From: Macrostomum lignano
Taxonomy: Eukaryota
Reading direction: 5' to 3'
Length of the DNA: 64,000 bases
NCBI GenBank assembly: GCA_002269645.1
Contig: NIVC01002200.1
Location: 124,001 to 188,000 of the forward strand
In this document: positions 34,865-48,034 of the stretch, one piece after another
How the letters are laid out: the number at the start of each line of letters is the position of its first letter
Numbering within the stretch: position 1 is the stretch's first letter
Notes under the pieces: generated by a model
Told to the model about the DNA's origin: nothing
Seen by the model: only the letters and a program-made list of their open reading frames with translations
Databases searched by the model: none
Translations under genes and position numbers: made by a program

Positions 34865-36947
34865 TTACAGCCACCATTCCTGACCACGGACAGCCGGCAG
34901 GCCGCCCTCGGCGTGCTGCAACGCCACGTCGGGATCGTCGGTGAGGTCGGCGGCTTTAGCCTCGTTAGTCCAGTAGTCGCCGCGCTCGAATGTGTAGTTG
35001 CGGAAGAAGCAGATCACTCCAATCAGCAATAGGAGAGCCAGGGCGCCAACCACGGCTAGGATTATTATTATCTGGTTCTGCCGCTCGATGTCCTCGGGTC
35101 GGGCGAATTCCAAATTCGGCGGAATAGTCGGATACGGCCTGCGGACAGTCGGTTAAGAGTGCAGGCTATGAGGGTAGAAATCTGACTGTGATAGTAGAGA
35201 TCCGACTGTGATAGTAGAGATCCGACTGTGATAGTAGAGATCTGACTGTGATAGTAGAGATCCGACTGTGATAGTAGAGATCTGACTGTGATAGTAGAGA
35301 TCTGACTGTGAGGGTAGAGATCTGACTGTGATAGTAGAGATCTGACTGTGATAGTAGAGATCTGACTGTGATAGTAGAGATCTGACTGTGATAGTAGAGA
35401 TCCGACTGTGATAGTAGAGATCTGACTGTGATAGTAGAGATCCGACTGTGATAGTAGAGATCTGACTGTGATAGTAGAGATCTGACTGTGATAGTAGAGA
35501 TCCGACTGTGATAGTAGAGGAGATCCGACTGTGATAGTAGAGATCCGACTGTAATAGTAGAGATCTGACTGTGATAGTAGAGATCCGACTGTGATAGTAG
35601 AGATCTGACTGTGATAGTAGAGATCTGACTGTGAGGGTAGAGATCCGACTGTGATAGTAGAGATCTGACTGTGATAGTAGAGATCTGACTGTGATAGTAG
35701 AGATCCGACTGTGATAGTAGAGATCTGACTGTGATAGTAGAGATCCGACTGTGATAGTAGAGATCTGACTGTGATAGTAGAGATCTGACTGTGATAGTAG
35801 AGATCTGACTGTGATAGTAGAGATCTGACTGTGATAGTAGAGATCTGACTGTGATAGTAGAGATCTGACTGTGATAGTAGAGATCTGACTGTGATAGTAG
35901 AGATCTGACTGTGATAGTAGAGATCCGACTGTGATAGTAGAGATCTGACTGTGATAGTAGAGATCCGACTGTGATAGTAGAGGAGATCCGACTGTGATAG
36001 TAGAGATCCGACTGTAATAGTAGAGATCTGACTGTGATAGTAGAGATCCGACTGTGATAGTAGAGATCTGACTGTGATAGTAGAGATCTGACTGTGATAG
36101 TAGAGATCTGACTGTAAGGGAGAGATCTGACTGTAAGGGAGAGATCTGACTGTGGGGGTAGAGATCTGACTCTGTAAGGGAGAGATCTGACTGTGAGGGT
36201 AGAGAGACCTCACTCTGTGAGGGTAAAGATCTCACTATGCGAGGGTAAAGATCTCACTCTCTGACTGTAGAGATCTGACTTTAAGAATAGAGATCTCACT
36301 ATGGGAACAGAGATGATTATGAGAATAACAGATCTCACTATGGGGATAGAGAACAGAAGTCAATCAAAGAGAAAAATTATAAGAATAAATACTTCGAAGT
36401 ATCAAATAACTTTTCAACTTTGGAGACCTATGGGAATACATATGGGAAGACTTATTGGAATACTTTTAGACGAAAACCTAGATCAAGAACAGAGATCAGA
36501 AACTATCATGATACCAGGTTACGAAAAAACTCACCGAATCTCGGCCGGGTCGTCAATCGGCAGGACCTCTTCGATACCGCAGTAGTTCTCCGTAATGCCC
36601 GACGACTTAAATACCCGGCTATTGTTGGGCTCCTGGAAGGCGGCTTTCAATGGGAAGAAATTATTAAACTGCACGTTGTAGATGCAGCCCTCGAATCCAA
36701 CAGGCATGCTGGAGTTGCGCCCGATGTAGATCACGGCCGGATTGTCCAGCCGGGTGTCCGACGTGGCGCTCAATATGTTGGAGAAGTCCCTGAACTGCAC
36801 CGGATAGTCGTCCACTTTGATGTTCACCTGCGCGTGGCGCCAGAGGCGGTTTCATCTATGTACCCATCTATCTATCTGTCTTGGTGTCCGTCTGTCCATC
36901 CATCTATCTTAGTGTCCGTTCGTCTGTCTGTCTGTCTGTCTGTATCG

Positions 36948-36982
<35 letters not shown>

Positions 36983-36989
36983 GATCTAT

Positions 36990-37030
<41 letters not shown>

Positions 37031-37037
37031 GATCTAT

Positions 37038-37104
<67 letters not shown>

Positions 37105-40100
37105 CTCATAAATCCAAATCCTGCAGTACACAATGAAATAAACTAAAAGCGGCAAGCAAACAAACCTGCCGCCCAGCCTTGGTCCTGTACACAACCACAG
37201 TGTGATGCTGATCGTTAGTCAAGTCCACGTCCAAACTGCTAGTAGTAACTTCGTACCACTGGAAGCCAAGGTTGATTTCAACAGTGATACCGCCGGCATT
37301 GTTAATTCGAACAATTAACGACTCGGACGGGCCGCCCAGCCTATTATTGGCCGGAATGTCCTCGTTGCGGATCTGCATCAGTATGCCAACTTTAGCTCTG
37401 GTCTTGAAGCCAACCTGAATGTACTCGTCAATAGTATTGATGCCTTTAGCGCGTTCAGGCTGGGATATGTCTATCTTGATAATATCGGCGCTGGATTTGA
37501 ACGTAGCACCGACTGTGCGGCCGCAGATGTAGCCTCTGTAAGGCGTCATGCCGCACTCGCAATAATAATGCGAATAATATTCCATGCATTCGGCCCGGTT
37601 TAGGCAGGGATTCTCTTCGCAGCGAGGCTGGCAGCCCGCCAACAAGCCGTAGGTGACCTCCTTGCGTTCAACCTTGCCGCGCAGGTCCTGCACTACTCCG
37701 TTGATCATCAGGTTGGACAGGCAGCCTAGGTAGCCTTCGTTGTAGTTCTGCGTTGCGCCAACGTACAACTTACCGTCAAACTGCAGGAATTGGAAGGCCT
37801 GATCGGCTGGCTCGCGATCGCGGCGGATCTCGTCCTGCGGGATGGGATTTGGGATTTGGGAATATTCTTACGGGTTGGATTTGGGAAGATTCTTACAGGT
37901 TGGATTTGGGAAGATTCTTACAGGTTGGATTTGGGAAGATTCTTACAGGTTGGATTTGGGAAGATTCTTACAGGTTGGATTTGGACAGATTCTTACAGGT
38001 GGGATTTGAACAGATTCTTACAAATGGGATTTGGGAAGATTTTTAAAGGTTGGATTTGGGGAGACTCTAAAAGGTGGGTGTTTGGGAAGATTCTTACAGA
38101 CAGGATTTGGGAATTCTTATAGGTTGGATTTGGGAAGATTCTTACAAATGGGATTTCGAAATATTCTTACAGGTTGGATTTGGGAATATTCTTACAGGTT
38201 GGATTTGGGAAGATTCTTACAGGTTGGATTTGGGAAGATTCTTAAAGGTGGGTATTTGGGAAGATTCTTACAGGTTGGATTTGGGAAGATTCTTAAAGGT
38301 GGGTATTTGGGAAGATTCTTACAGGTTGGATTTGGGAAGATTCTTGCAGGTGGCATTTGGGGAGATTCTTAAAGGTGAGTATTTGGGAAGATTCTTACAG
38401 ACAGGATTTGGGAATTCCTGTCTGTTTTCGAGATTTTTATCGGCGGTATTTGGGAAAACTGTTACACGTGGGATTTGCAAAGATTTTAAGGATTTCCCAT
38501 GTATCCCACTAATACTTACCTGGTCAACTCGCAGAGTGAACTCTTTCCTATTTCGCTCAAACTGTACAATATGCCATTCGTTGTCATTATAAATCACAGT
38601 GACCTGACTCTCGCCGGGACTGTTACTGAAGGCCACTGAGCTGATTGACAGAACGCCAAAGCCAGCATTAAATGAAAATTGAATCTCTCTGCCGCGTTTC
38701 AACCTGGCCTCTAAAAAGTGCTGAGTCTTATTGCCGGTGATCTGAAAGAACACCGCGTCAGTCTGAGTAGTCTTGAACAAGAATCGGATATCAAGCTCAG
38801 TCTCGGAATAGACCCGCTCCAGTTCAATGGTGGCGTCAGTTTTTCTATAAGTGACAGCATTGTCAAACAGCGTATCTCCGGTGCACTCCAGAGGCCCCAG
38901 AGTGAACTGGCCCTCTTTCAAGTCGGCAGTGCTGCCCGTGTCGCCAAATCTCAGCTGAGTAACCGGCAGGTCCTCCTTGTAGGTAAAGTAGCCGGTGTCC
39001 TGCTGATAATCAGACGCGTCGGCCACCTCGTTGAAACTGTCGCAGTTGCACTCGGCGCCGCGCTGACAGGTGCCGGTGACGCCGCAGGCGCATCGCTGAA
39101 TACCCGGGGCGGAGCCGCCCCAATAGTAGCGAGGCTGGCCCCGTCTGGACACCCACCAGGACCAGGCCCGATTGAACAGAGAGGTCTGGCCCAGAGTTGG
39201 CCGGCTGAGCAGGCGGGCGTTCCGGCATCGATAATTGATCATCTGGCGGCAGGAGACGCTGCGCCGGACCAGCTCGGCTAGCGCTGTGGTGGACGTCTTA
39301 TAGTCGACGTTGTAAATGAAGCTTCCGGGTAGTTGAAATCCATCGACCTAAATTTGATAGCAACGCGTGTAATATTATTTTACTTTTGATGAGTCTAACA
39401 TTTTGCAAAGACAGGAGTTGACGTCTTCATTTCCCCGTACACAGTCGCACAGGAGTGCGTAGCGGCACTCACTTTTTATCGTTAGGCATGTGCACTTTAC
39501 TGTGCCTTGGGGGTTGGCCTTTAGGAGCGTTAATTGCACGGGCAGACCCAAGCCGAGATACCAATTTAGCCTCAAATTAATATGACTGCATTTGGAATCG
39601 AGCCTGGGCCGCTGGCACAAAAGGAGGCGCTAAACCACTAGGCTACGTAGGCTACGGACCCCCTACGGTACAGCATCAAAATAGGTCTTTATAGTTGACC
39701 TTCAAGAGCCGCTATCAGAGCAAAAAACTTATATAGTCATACGTTTAAGATACATAGATCAACGTTTGAATTTGTACGCACCAGAGTGTCAGCCTTGGCA
39801 GTGTGGTTAACAATAGTGCGGACGACATTGTCGCGGAAAACGCAGCTAACTTTGATTGGATCCAATATCTGCGAGCCATCAATGTCTATAGTGATGTTTT
39901 TCTCGCTAATTGTTGGATATAACAGTTGCATCTCGGAGCAAGAGGTGAAGAATGTTGATTCGTGACAGACGGCGCTATCTCTGTAGCCTTCCGGACAATC
40001 GCAGAAGAATTCGTCCCAGTTTTGGCTGCAATTGGCGCCACGCTTGCACGGGTTGGGCATACAGTTGTCCCGCATAGCGCACGTACGATTGAAAATTGTG

Positions 40101-41823
40101 CCCTGCATGTCAGTCTTTTCCAGCACTTGGAAATCAATAATTTTGCTCTGCACCGCCACCTGTTTAATACAACCACGAAAGCCTTTCCAGTTTTTATTAA
40201 CCAAGCTGAGCCTGTCAGGGGACCAGCCAATATAAGTCAGAGTATTGTAGTTAAGGTCCAGTTTCTGCACAGTTGTGTACAACGCGCCGTCAATAATGAC
40301 TCGAATTGAATTAGTTGACAACTGAACGTCAATAGTGTGCCACAAGCCGTCGGCAAATTGATCTTTACCGGCTAGCGGGTCACGATTCGAATAAACAACG
40401 TTAACATCTTTTACTACGGTGTCTTTTAGTTGCACTACCAGCTGTATTTGACCCGTCTCGATAAGATCAACCGCCACAAACTTGTCTGTGACGCCGTTGA
40501 GCGTCTGCAGCGGGTGATAAATCAAAACAGTGTCTTTTTGGAAAGTTCTGAACGACATCGAGGCCTGCAAATTCTTGCCTGGATCGCGGACAGCTTTCAC
40601 AAAAGCGTCAGGCGAGGCCAATGTAATGATGCCAGACGATGCGCTAGTCATGGAGCAAGCGCTGCCAACGGCTCCGAGAATGCTGAAACCGGAAATAGCG
40701 TTAGAACTGTCCGGCGTAGTTCTAGCATCCCTGATAAGATTAAGACCGTTGATCCACACATTCTCAATACAGCCTGTAAAGTTGTTTCGAACAAGAATGC
40801 CCTGTTTGTTAGTAAAAACATCGATACCGCCTAGATAGAGCTTGCCATTCAAATTAAGATGCACATATTCTGTCTGCAGCTCGAGCCAAACTTTCACGCG
40901 ATCAACGCTAACGTTTAACATTCGCTGTTCGCGTACAATAAGAACATCGTGCCAAAGGCCGTCGTCGAGCATTGAGCCGGCAAAAATTTCATTTAAACCA
41001 GACAGGCTCGGCGTCCGACCAAGATTGATGCTAATACGCAACTTTGCCTGATACAGTTCAATAACCAGGTGATCAGTCTGATGCGATGCGGCGTATAGGA
41101 TTAGCCCATTAGTCTCCTGGGTGCGGAAACGAAACTGGATGCGATCGTTGACTGTTTGAATGCCTTCGTTCATGTCTAATTCTATGCGACCCTGACCAGC
41201 GTACGAGGCGATGTAACTCTCAAGAGAGCAGCCGTATAGTTCCATTCGAAGAGAAATAAGATTGTGCCATCGTTGCGGTAAGACGCGAACGTATCTGGCT
41301 ATAATGGGATAAAGGAAGGTGTTTTCAGCTACGCCCTGGTCGTCGATGTTGCCAGTGAATAGATACGGAGAGCCATATTCGTCTCGATAGTACAGCCAGT
41401 TCTTTCCATCATTGTCGTCTGCATACTGCACAAAGTACTCTGTGACCCATTCGCGACCGCCCTTTCTACCCTGAGTGGCCACGCCAGTAACGACTTTGCG
41501 CTCGCCGAGATCAACCTGCAGCCACTGGTCGGTGTTTTGATCGCCAGCTATCCACGATCCAGCGCCTTCGCGATTGCGAAAGAACAGAAAGCCTGACAAA
41601 AAGAAAATTCAGGGGTAACAGAATTAATATTTTATAGGGAAGGCCATTAAAACTCGAAAAAATGATTTCAATGCATCAATTTTACCATCAGAAAAGTGCA
41701 ATCGTCCATAATAAGCCTTTGATTGTTCATTAAGCCTGGAGGACGCGATGATGTTAGAATCTGGTATGCCATTGTATCTGTCAGTCATTCCCAATGGAAT
41801 GAGTGGAAACAGCTCGCATCGTT
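34865..41823 (-). CDS. NrxIV: Neurexin IV / contactin-associated protein (Caspr), exons 2-7: 41823-41686, 41592-39782, 39347-38520, 37834-37166, 36827-36535, 35138-34865
   Basis: F5/8 discoidin ([29 protein letters not shown]), four laminin-G domains, two EGF domains, fibrinogen-like region, TM helix ([23 protein letters not shown]), GDY.T.EA juxtamembrane motif, hydrophobic C-terminus EWWL. With exon 1 the total is 4062 nt, i.e. 1353 aa in frame. Confidence 0.93.
35165..36300. repeat. 20-bp minisatellite (GACTGTGATAGTAGAGATCT) in the last NrxIV intron
   Basis: Tandem periodicity of 20 nt. Confidence 0.96.
36930..37106. repeat. (TCTG)n/(TCTA)n microsatellite in a NrxIV intron
   Basis: Direct tetranucleotide run. 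Confidence 0.97.
37840..38420. repeat. 25-bp minisatellite (GGTTGGATTTGGGAAGATTCTTACA) in a NrxIV intron
   Basis: Tandem periodicity of 25 nt, moderately degenerate. Confidence 0.94.
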
Positions 41824-41862
41824 CTATAATGAGTAAACAGTTTTTTTAATCCAGATATTAAA

Positions 41863-44800
41863 TAGAGGTCGGACGAGCAAAAATTTTTGGGTCGGGCGTG
41901 AGTAGTCGTGAATAATTTCAGCTTTGCCGTGATCGTGATCGTGATCGTGATTGGTTCGTGAAAAATTAAAAGTAAAAAATTTCCGTTCAAATTTTGTTTT
42001 TTTTTCTTCAAATTTGAATTTTTCTATCAGTTAATGTGTTTGATTCTATTTTTAAGTGCTTCTATACCATCAGCTTATACCATCTGCATCTGCCCATCTG
42101 GCTTTCTTCTCTGGTTGAGAAGGAACTCAGAGTCTGGCTGAGAAGTAAGAAGTTCTTACTTCTTAGACATTTGTGTTGCTTTTTGGCTTTCTCAAAGCTC
42201 AAACTAAGCTGAAAGCTGTAACTATTTAGTATTTTTATTTTTAAATTTTTAATTTAAAAGTAGTATTTGCTACTATTACTATTTTAGAATTTAGTATTAA
42301 ATAAATAGTTAAAACAAAAATTTCATTTCATTTTGATCATGAATTTGCATATTTGAGTTTTTCTTTCTTCTTATTATTTTTATGCTATAATAATGTATAA
42401 ATAGATTAGATACTATACAGATAGATAGTAGATACTAGAGCATAATTTTATAATCTGATTGTCTAATAGTTATTTAGTAATTATAATTTATAACTAATAA
42501 TTTTTAATATATAAGCATAGTATTTTTTTACTAAAATAAATTGCTGTAAATTAAAAATTAAGGTTGACTAAGTCTAAGTACTAAGTAGCAAATATACTTG
42601 ATGGATATGCTAAATTAAATTGTTATTTGCTATTGTTATTGTCATTTGTTAATAGTAATAATAATAGTCAAACACAAATATTAAATACTTTTTCTTCTTG
42701 AATTGAATTGAATAATGAATAATATTCAATATTCAATATAGTATTAACTATTATGTACTAGTACTATCATGTGGTACACTGGTATATTGAATATGTATGC
42801 CTGATTGCCTGATGCATAGTAGTATATTTCTAATCTATATGGTTAGTCTAAAAATATTTTTTTCTAGCCTATTTGACTTTAAAGTCTGTAGTGACTTTAC
42901 ATTTACACTATACTGCTATACTATGCAATATTTTATTTAAAATATAAATAAATATTTTAATTTAAAATAATATAATACTTGTTTTTTCTTTGCTTTTCTA
43001 CCTAGCAAATTAAAATAGGCAATTACACAATATTACATTACAATTTACAATTTACAAATCAAACAATTTCAGCCATTCATTTGCAATGGCCTCTGTTGAT
43101 AAGCCAACCCAGCAACCTCGAGGAAGAGGCAGTGCTGTGTGGTTGTACTTTAAAGACGTTGAAGGAAAAGAGAATTCTGCTGCTTGCCTAGCTTGTAAGA
43201 AGGAGGTTCTACGAAACACAGGATCAACAGGCAGCATGCGAAGACACATAGAATCCTGCCATCCAATTCAATTCAAAGAGCTCCTAAACACTGAGGCAGA
43301 TCGTGCAAAGCCAAAATGTAAAGATGGACCACAACCATTGAAGCAGCAGAAGTTGAGCACAATGTTTGCTCAAGCAAATGCTCAAGAATGGTCGGATTCG
43401 CACCCTCGTTCGGTTGCAATTGATCGAAAAATTCTCCGCTTTATTGTGTTGGATTCACAGCCATTCTCTGTGGTAGAAGGTGAAGGCTTTCGCGATCTGT
43501 TGAAAGAAGCATGTCCGCAATATCGATTGAAGAGCACTCGATTTTATCATGACAAGCTAGAGACTCTCTATGAAGAAATTAAATTGCAGGTCCAGGACGA
43601 AATAGACAGACTACGAGATTTCGGTTTCACGTGTGACTTGTGGAGTGACGGCCAGTTGGCACTCATGTCCTTCACAATCCATTCTATCACGCCAGATTTT
43701 GAGCGTAAGCAGCTTTTACTGTGCGTAAAGCCATTCACTGATGCCCATACTGGGCTTAACATCTCGGCCGTTTTTTCGACAACCCTTGGTGAGTGGGGCA
43801 TTGGCTTAGAGCAAGTCAGCCTCCTCCTGCGTGATGGGGCCAGCAACATGAAGCTTGCAGGAGAACTTCTGAAAGTACCATCTGCCCATTGTGCTGCCCA
43901 CAAGCTGAACCTTGTTGTTAAGGATTCCATCTCCGGTCATCGAGGACTGAAGACAATACTTGACAAAGCACGGAGCATTGTTGGCCACTTCCACCACTCT
44001 GTAACCGCTCAAGCAAACCTCAAAACACTGCAGCTCCAGCTGAAGCTACCAACACACAGCCTCGTGCAAGATGTAGACACACGCTGGAATTCAACACTAG
44101 CCATGTTACGCCGAATCAACGAGCAAGAGGAAGCGTTTAGTGTCTATCGCACCAGACACCGACCAATTGAAATCCTGACGGACAATGAGTCAGATGTTTC
44201 AAAGAAAGCTGTCAAACTTCTTGAGATTTTTGAGGTTTTTACGCTAGAAGTCAGCAGGGAAACTGCCAGCATCTCGTGTATCTTGCCGATGGTGAAAGTG
44301 TCGCTGGAGCATCTGCAGCAGGTAGACTGCTTTGGCATCACGTACCTTCGAGACGACCTGGTGAAAGGGTTGACTCAACGCTTCTCTGACGAAAAAAAGA
44401 GTCACCACCACATTGTTGCTACGATGTTAGACCCACGCTTCCGGCTAGATTTTTTCGATGAAGAGCAGCGCAACTTTGCTAAGGCTGAGCTCGTAAAAGC
44501 AATGAATGAAATTTTGCGTGAAACTTCTCTTCCTACTGTTGATGGCGATACAGCCATAGACGAGGACCTCTCCGATGTATCTATCGAAACTGAGCCGTGA
44601 GTATTTCCTCTATTTCATAATTCAATGTACATGTACATGTAACAAAAAAATTAAATTATAAATTACATTTGCTACATCTGTAAGTTATAAATTTTATAAC
44701 TAATATATCAAAGTTCTCTTTGTTTTAACTTTTAACTTTTAATTTCACCTTTTTAGACAAACTGAGTCTCAGCCTCAGCAGCTATCTATGTCAGCCCTGT

Positions 44801-46076
44801 TCGAGAAGTCTTCTACTTCTAGTGCTGCAGCTGCAACTCTGCGTGACCTGTCTAGGGCCGGAACGCTACTGCCAGTTTCAAACAGAGGCAATGCTATGGA
44901 CAAGTTGGCTCGTGAAATGGCAGCCTACCTATCAGAGCCTCGACTTCCATTTGAGGAAGACCCAATGAAGTTCTGGAGAGACAAGACTCCATCAACTGCA
45001 ATGTCAGCACTTGTTCGGAAATTTCTGGGACCACCACCTACCAGTGTTCCAAGTGAGCGTATCTTCAGCAACGTTGGAAACATCTACGAGCCGAAACGAC
45101 GTCGCCTGCTTGGCAAAACCGTTGAAAAGCTTGTTTTTATTAACTATAATGTTCGGAAGTTTGACCCATAGAGAAATGAGCAGGGTCCATTCAATTCATT
45201 GCTGTTATTGCTGATTAGTGATTAGTTTTACTTTTTTGAAGATTGAGATCAGAGAGACAAGATAATGATAGAGAAAATAAATAATCAAAGACTATAGAAC
45301 AAGTAGAGTTGGAGCTACAAGAAAAAGTTTATCGATAAGGAATAGATAACTGTTGCTATAGTGTGTAGCTGTGTACTCTGTAGTCTGTAGACTCTGTAGT
45401 ATGATTTTTTGCATGTAGCTAGTATAGTATAGATTAGACTTAAATTAGTCATTGTAATAACACTATATGTGTAGAACGTAAAAGTAAAGTAGTAAACCTA
45501 CATGTACTCTTTTATACTTCATATTCATACACTGATAAGCTTTTCTGTTTTTCACTTTTCACTGTTTTCAGTTCTGTAGGCAGCTAAGCAAGTTAACAAA
45601 CACTTGTCTGTACATGTCATGTACTATCATGTAGTGAAATTTATATACAGTCATACATATATACAATTTATATTTTCATTCAGTGCTTTTCAGTTTTAAT
45701 TTTACATTTTACAAAATAAACAAAAGATTGAAAAGAATAAGGCAGTAAGCTTTGAACTTCGAAAATCCACTTTAACTTCGAACTTTCTGAACTAAGTAAA
45801 GTAAACTGAAAACTCTATTCTGTAAGTTTTGTGTTAAAACACATTCGTTGTATTTGAAAAGAAAAACAAAAACCAAGTAAGTCTACATTTAGGACTGTAC
45901 ACGATTGTGGTTTGGGGAACTGAAAAGTATAAACATAGTAACATCTGAAGCTGAAAGAAACCCACAATCACGATCACGCACGTGAAAAATGTTTCACGAC
46001 TCGTGAATTCACGACACTGAAAAAGGTCGTGAATTCACGATATCGTGATCACGATCGTGATCACGTCCTACCCCTA
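41863..46076 (+). mobile_element. Full-length hAT DNA transposon (4214 bp) in NrxIV intron 1
   Basis: Imperfect TIRs TAGAGGTCGGACG / TAGGGGTAGGACG (11/13). Perfect 8-bp TSD ATATTAAA at 41855-41862 and 46077-46084. CGTGA/TCACG subterminal repeats at both ends. Confidence 0.95.
43086..45171 (+). CDS. hAT transposase (BED finger, DDE, dimerisation domain); exons 43086-44596 and 44757-45171, 641 aa
   Basis: W.YF..C..C..HIESCH BED finger, TCDLW, LRDGASN, CAAH, TRWNS, MLDPRF, PPTSVPSERIFS. A phase-2 GT-AG intron joins the two ORFs in frame. Confidence 0.93.
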
Positions 46077-47985
46077 ATATTAAAATACAATAGGCTCTTG
46101 ACATAAAAATACAGTACTGTGCCCTTTACATAGGGAACAATTTTTATCACTGATTTCTAGCTAAATATATAAATATATATATATATAATATATATTATAT
46201 ATTTATATATATATAAATATAAATAATCTAGCTAAATATCAAAAGTGGCTTTAACTACTAATATTATACATAAGGTTATTGAGGAAAATTTTTTGCCAAT
46301 AATTAGGATTTTATTAGCAATTTAGTGCCCTTCTTCAGGGTGGCTAATAAGAAAGGGATGAAAATTATTTATGCAAATCCTTTGAAAGAAAAGAAAATTT
46401 CCTATAAGCATTTATCATAGAGTTTTATAAAGCACCTTATTTAATTCAAATCATAGCTGCTGAGATGAAAAAGAGGGTTTTTAAAATTGACTAACTTTTG
46501 GATTACATAAATTTGTTCCACAAGAAGCAATTGATTTTAAATTTGATACAACTTTCTATTGACTTATTTTGTGTTGGAATGTAAAGTCTAAATTCTGTAC
46601 AAGTAAGTCAATCAGGATTGAAAATATAAGCATGTAAAGTTTGTTTATTTTTTCTAGTGTTGGGCCACTTTCATTCATTTATTCTCCTAGAAAAGAGTGT
46701 TGTAGGCCAAAACAGAAAGCTTGAAATTTACTATTGGAATAAAACTTTATCTTTTTTTTCAACTACATTAACTTTTCAATGTGATTCTATAAAATGCACT
46801 CTAAGTATATATGCACAATATTTTCTTAAGTGATGCACACCAATTATGCACATTTACTTGTGGTATGCAAGGCCAATGCATGCCCAAATTTTTGGATGTA
46901 TACTACATGATCTCCATAGTTAGGAAGGTGGCATAGTGTGCGCCGGAATAATTTTTTGGGACAATTTATGCGCCCTCGATGCGTCGTCTATGCACCATTT
47001 GTACGCCGTCTGTGCGCTACTCTTCACAAGTAGAGTTTTCTACAAAAAGCCTTTTTAAAATGTTATGCATATTTTCATTTTAAACAAACTTAAATTATAC
47101 CTACAAATAAAGTAATGCAAAATTGATGTTTTTAGTGATAATTTATACTAATTTCATTTACTGTTAATTTTGAAAAAGCAAAAAGTTTATCACTGACTTT
47201 CTAGACTATACAAATCTCCTTTATTTTACATAAAATTGTTAATTTGCATGACAATTTTCATGTATGTCGGGGACCTTATGTGTTGCAATTATGCGCTGCA
47301 TACACTAGAGACCTCAGTGTGCACCATGATTGTACGCCAAGTACACCAAGGACCCCTTGTGTGTGCCATGCTTGTGCACCAATGTGCGCCGAGACCCTTT
47401 GTGTGTGCAGGAATTTTCCCCCTCAGAGGCCACCTTCCTGACTATGGCATGATCTGGAATGTGGTCTGCAATATGGTCAATGGCTTTTCCAATTAAAAAC
47501 ATATAGGCCTAATAGTTTATTTATAGTTTATAGGCCTAATAGTTTATTTATAGTTTATAGGCCTAATAGTTTATTTATAGATTATAGGCCTAACAGCTTT
47601 GATATTTATTTATATAGTTACATTTTTTAATTAATAAAGCACAAACAGTAGAAGCACATTTGTTTTGTGCTGACCATAAGTAACTGTTGTTATATATATT
47701 TATATGTTCTATTTAGTTATAAGTACAACTGTCTTCAATTCCAAGAAGTTTAGTGCTTAGGACAGTAATTTTTGTGATAAGCTGTCACCAAAATGATCTG
47801 TCATTAAAATTACCTGTCACTAAAATGAACTGCTCCCTTTTATTTGAAACTAGACTAGACTAACGAAAATGGCACTGACTTATGACTAATGTCGTAATGA
47901 GTTGTCTTACTCTTAATGACATGCATGTAATAGGCCTAAACAAACAAATACTTGAATAAAGCACTCCAAAAAACAATACACTTAC

Positions 47986-48034
47986 GTGAAACAACTATGG
48001 CAGGCAGGAATAGTAAGAAACTTAGAAAATACAT
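47986..48034 (-). CDS. NrxIV: NrxIV exon 1, signal peptide (MYFLSFLLFLPAIVVS)
   Basis: ATG, hydrophobic 16-mer, and a phase-1 GTAAGT donor matching the phase of the acceptor at 41823. Confidence 0.7.

Noticed and set aside
36420-37136. 238-aa plus-strand ORF
   Set aside because: It is antisense to a NrxIV exon plus a TCTA microsatellite read-through.
46920-47411. TGCGC/TGCAC-rich segment ending GTGTGTGCAGG, like a DNA-transposon terminus
   Set aside because: No matching second end, TSD or ORF was found.
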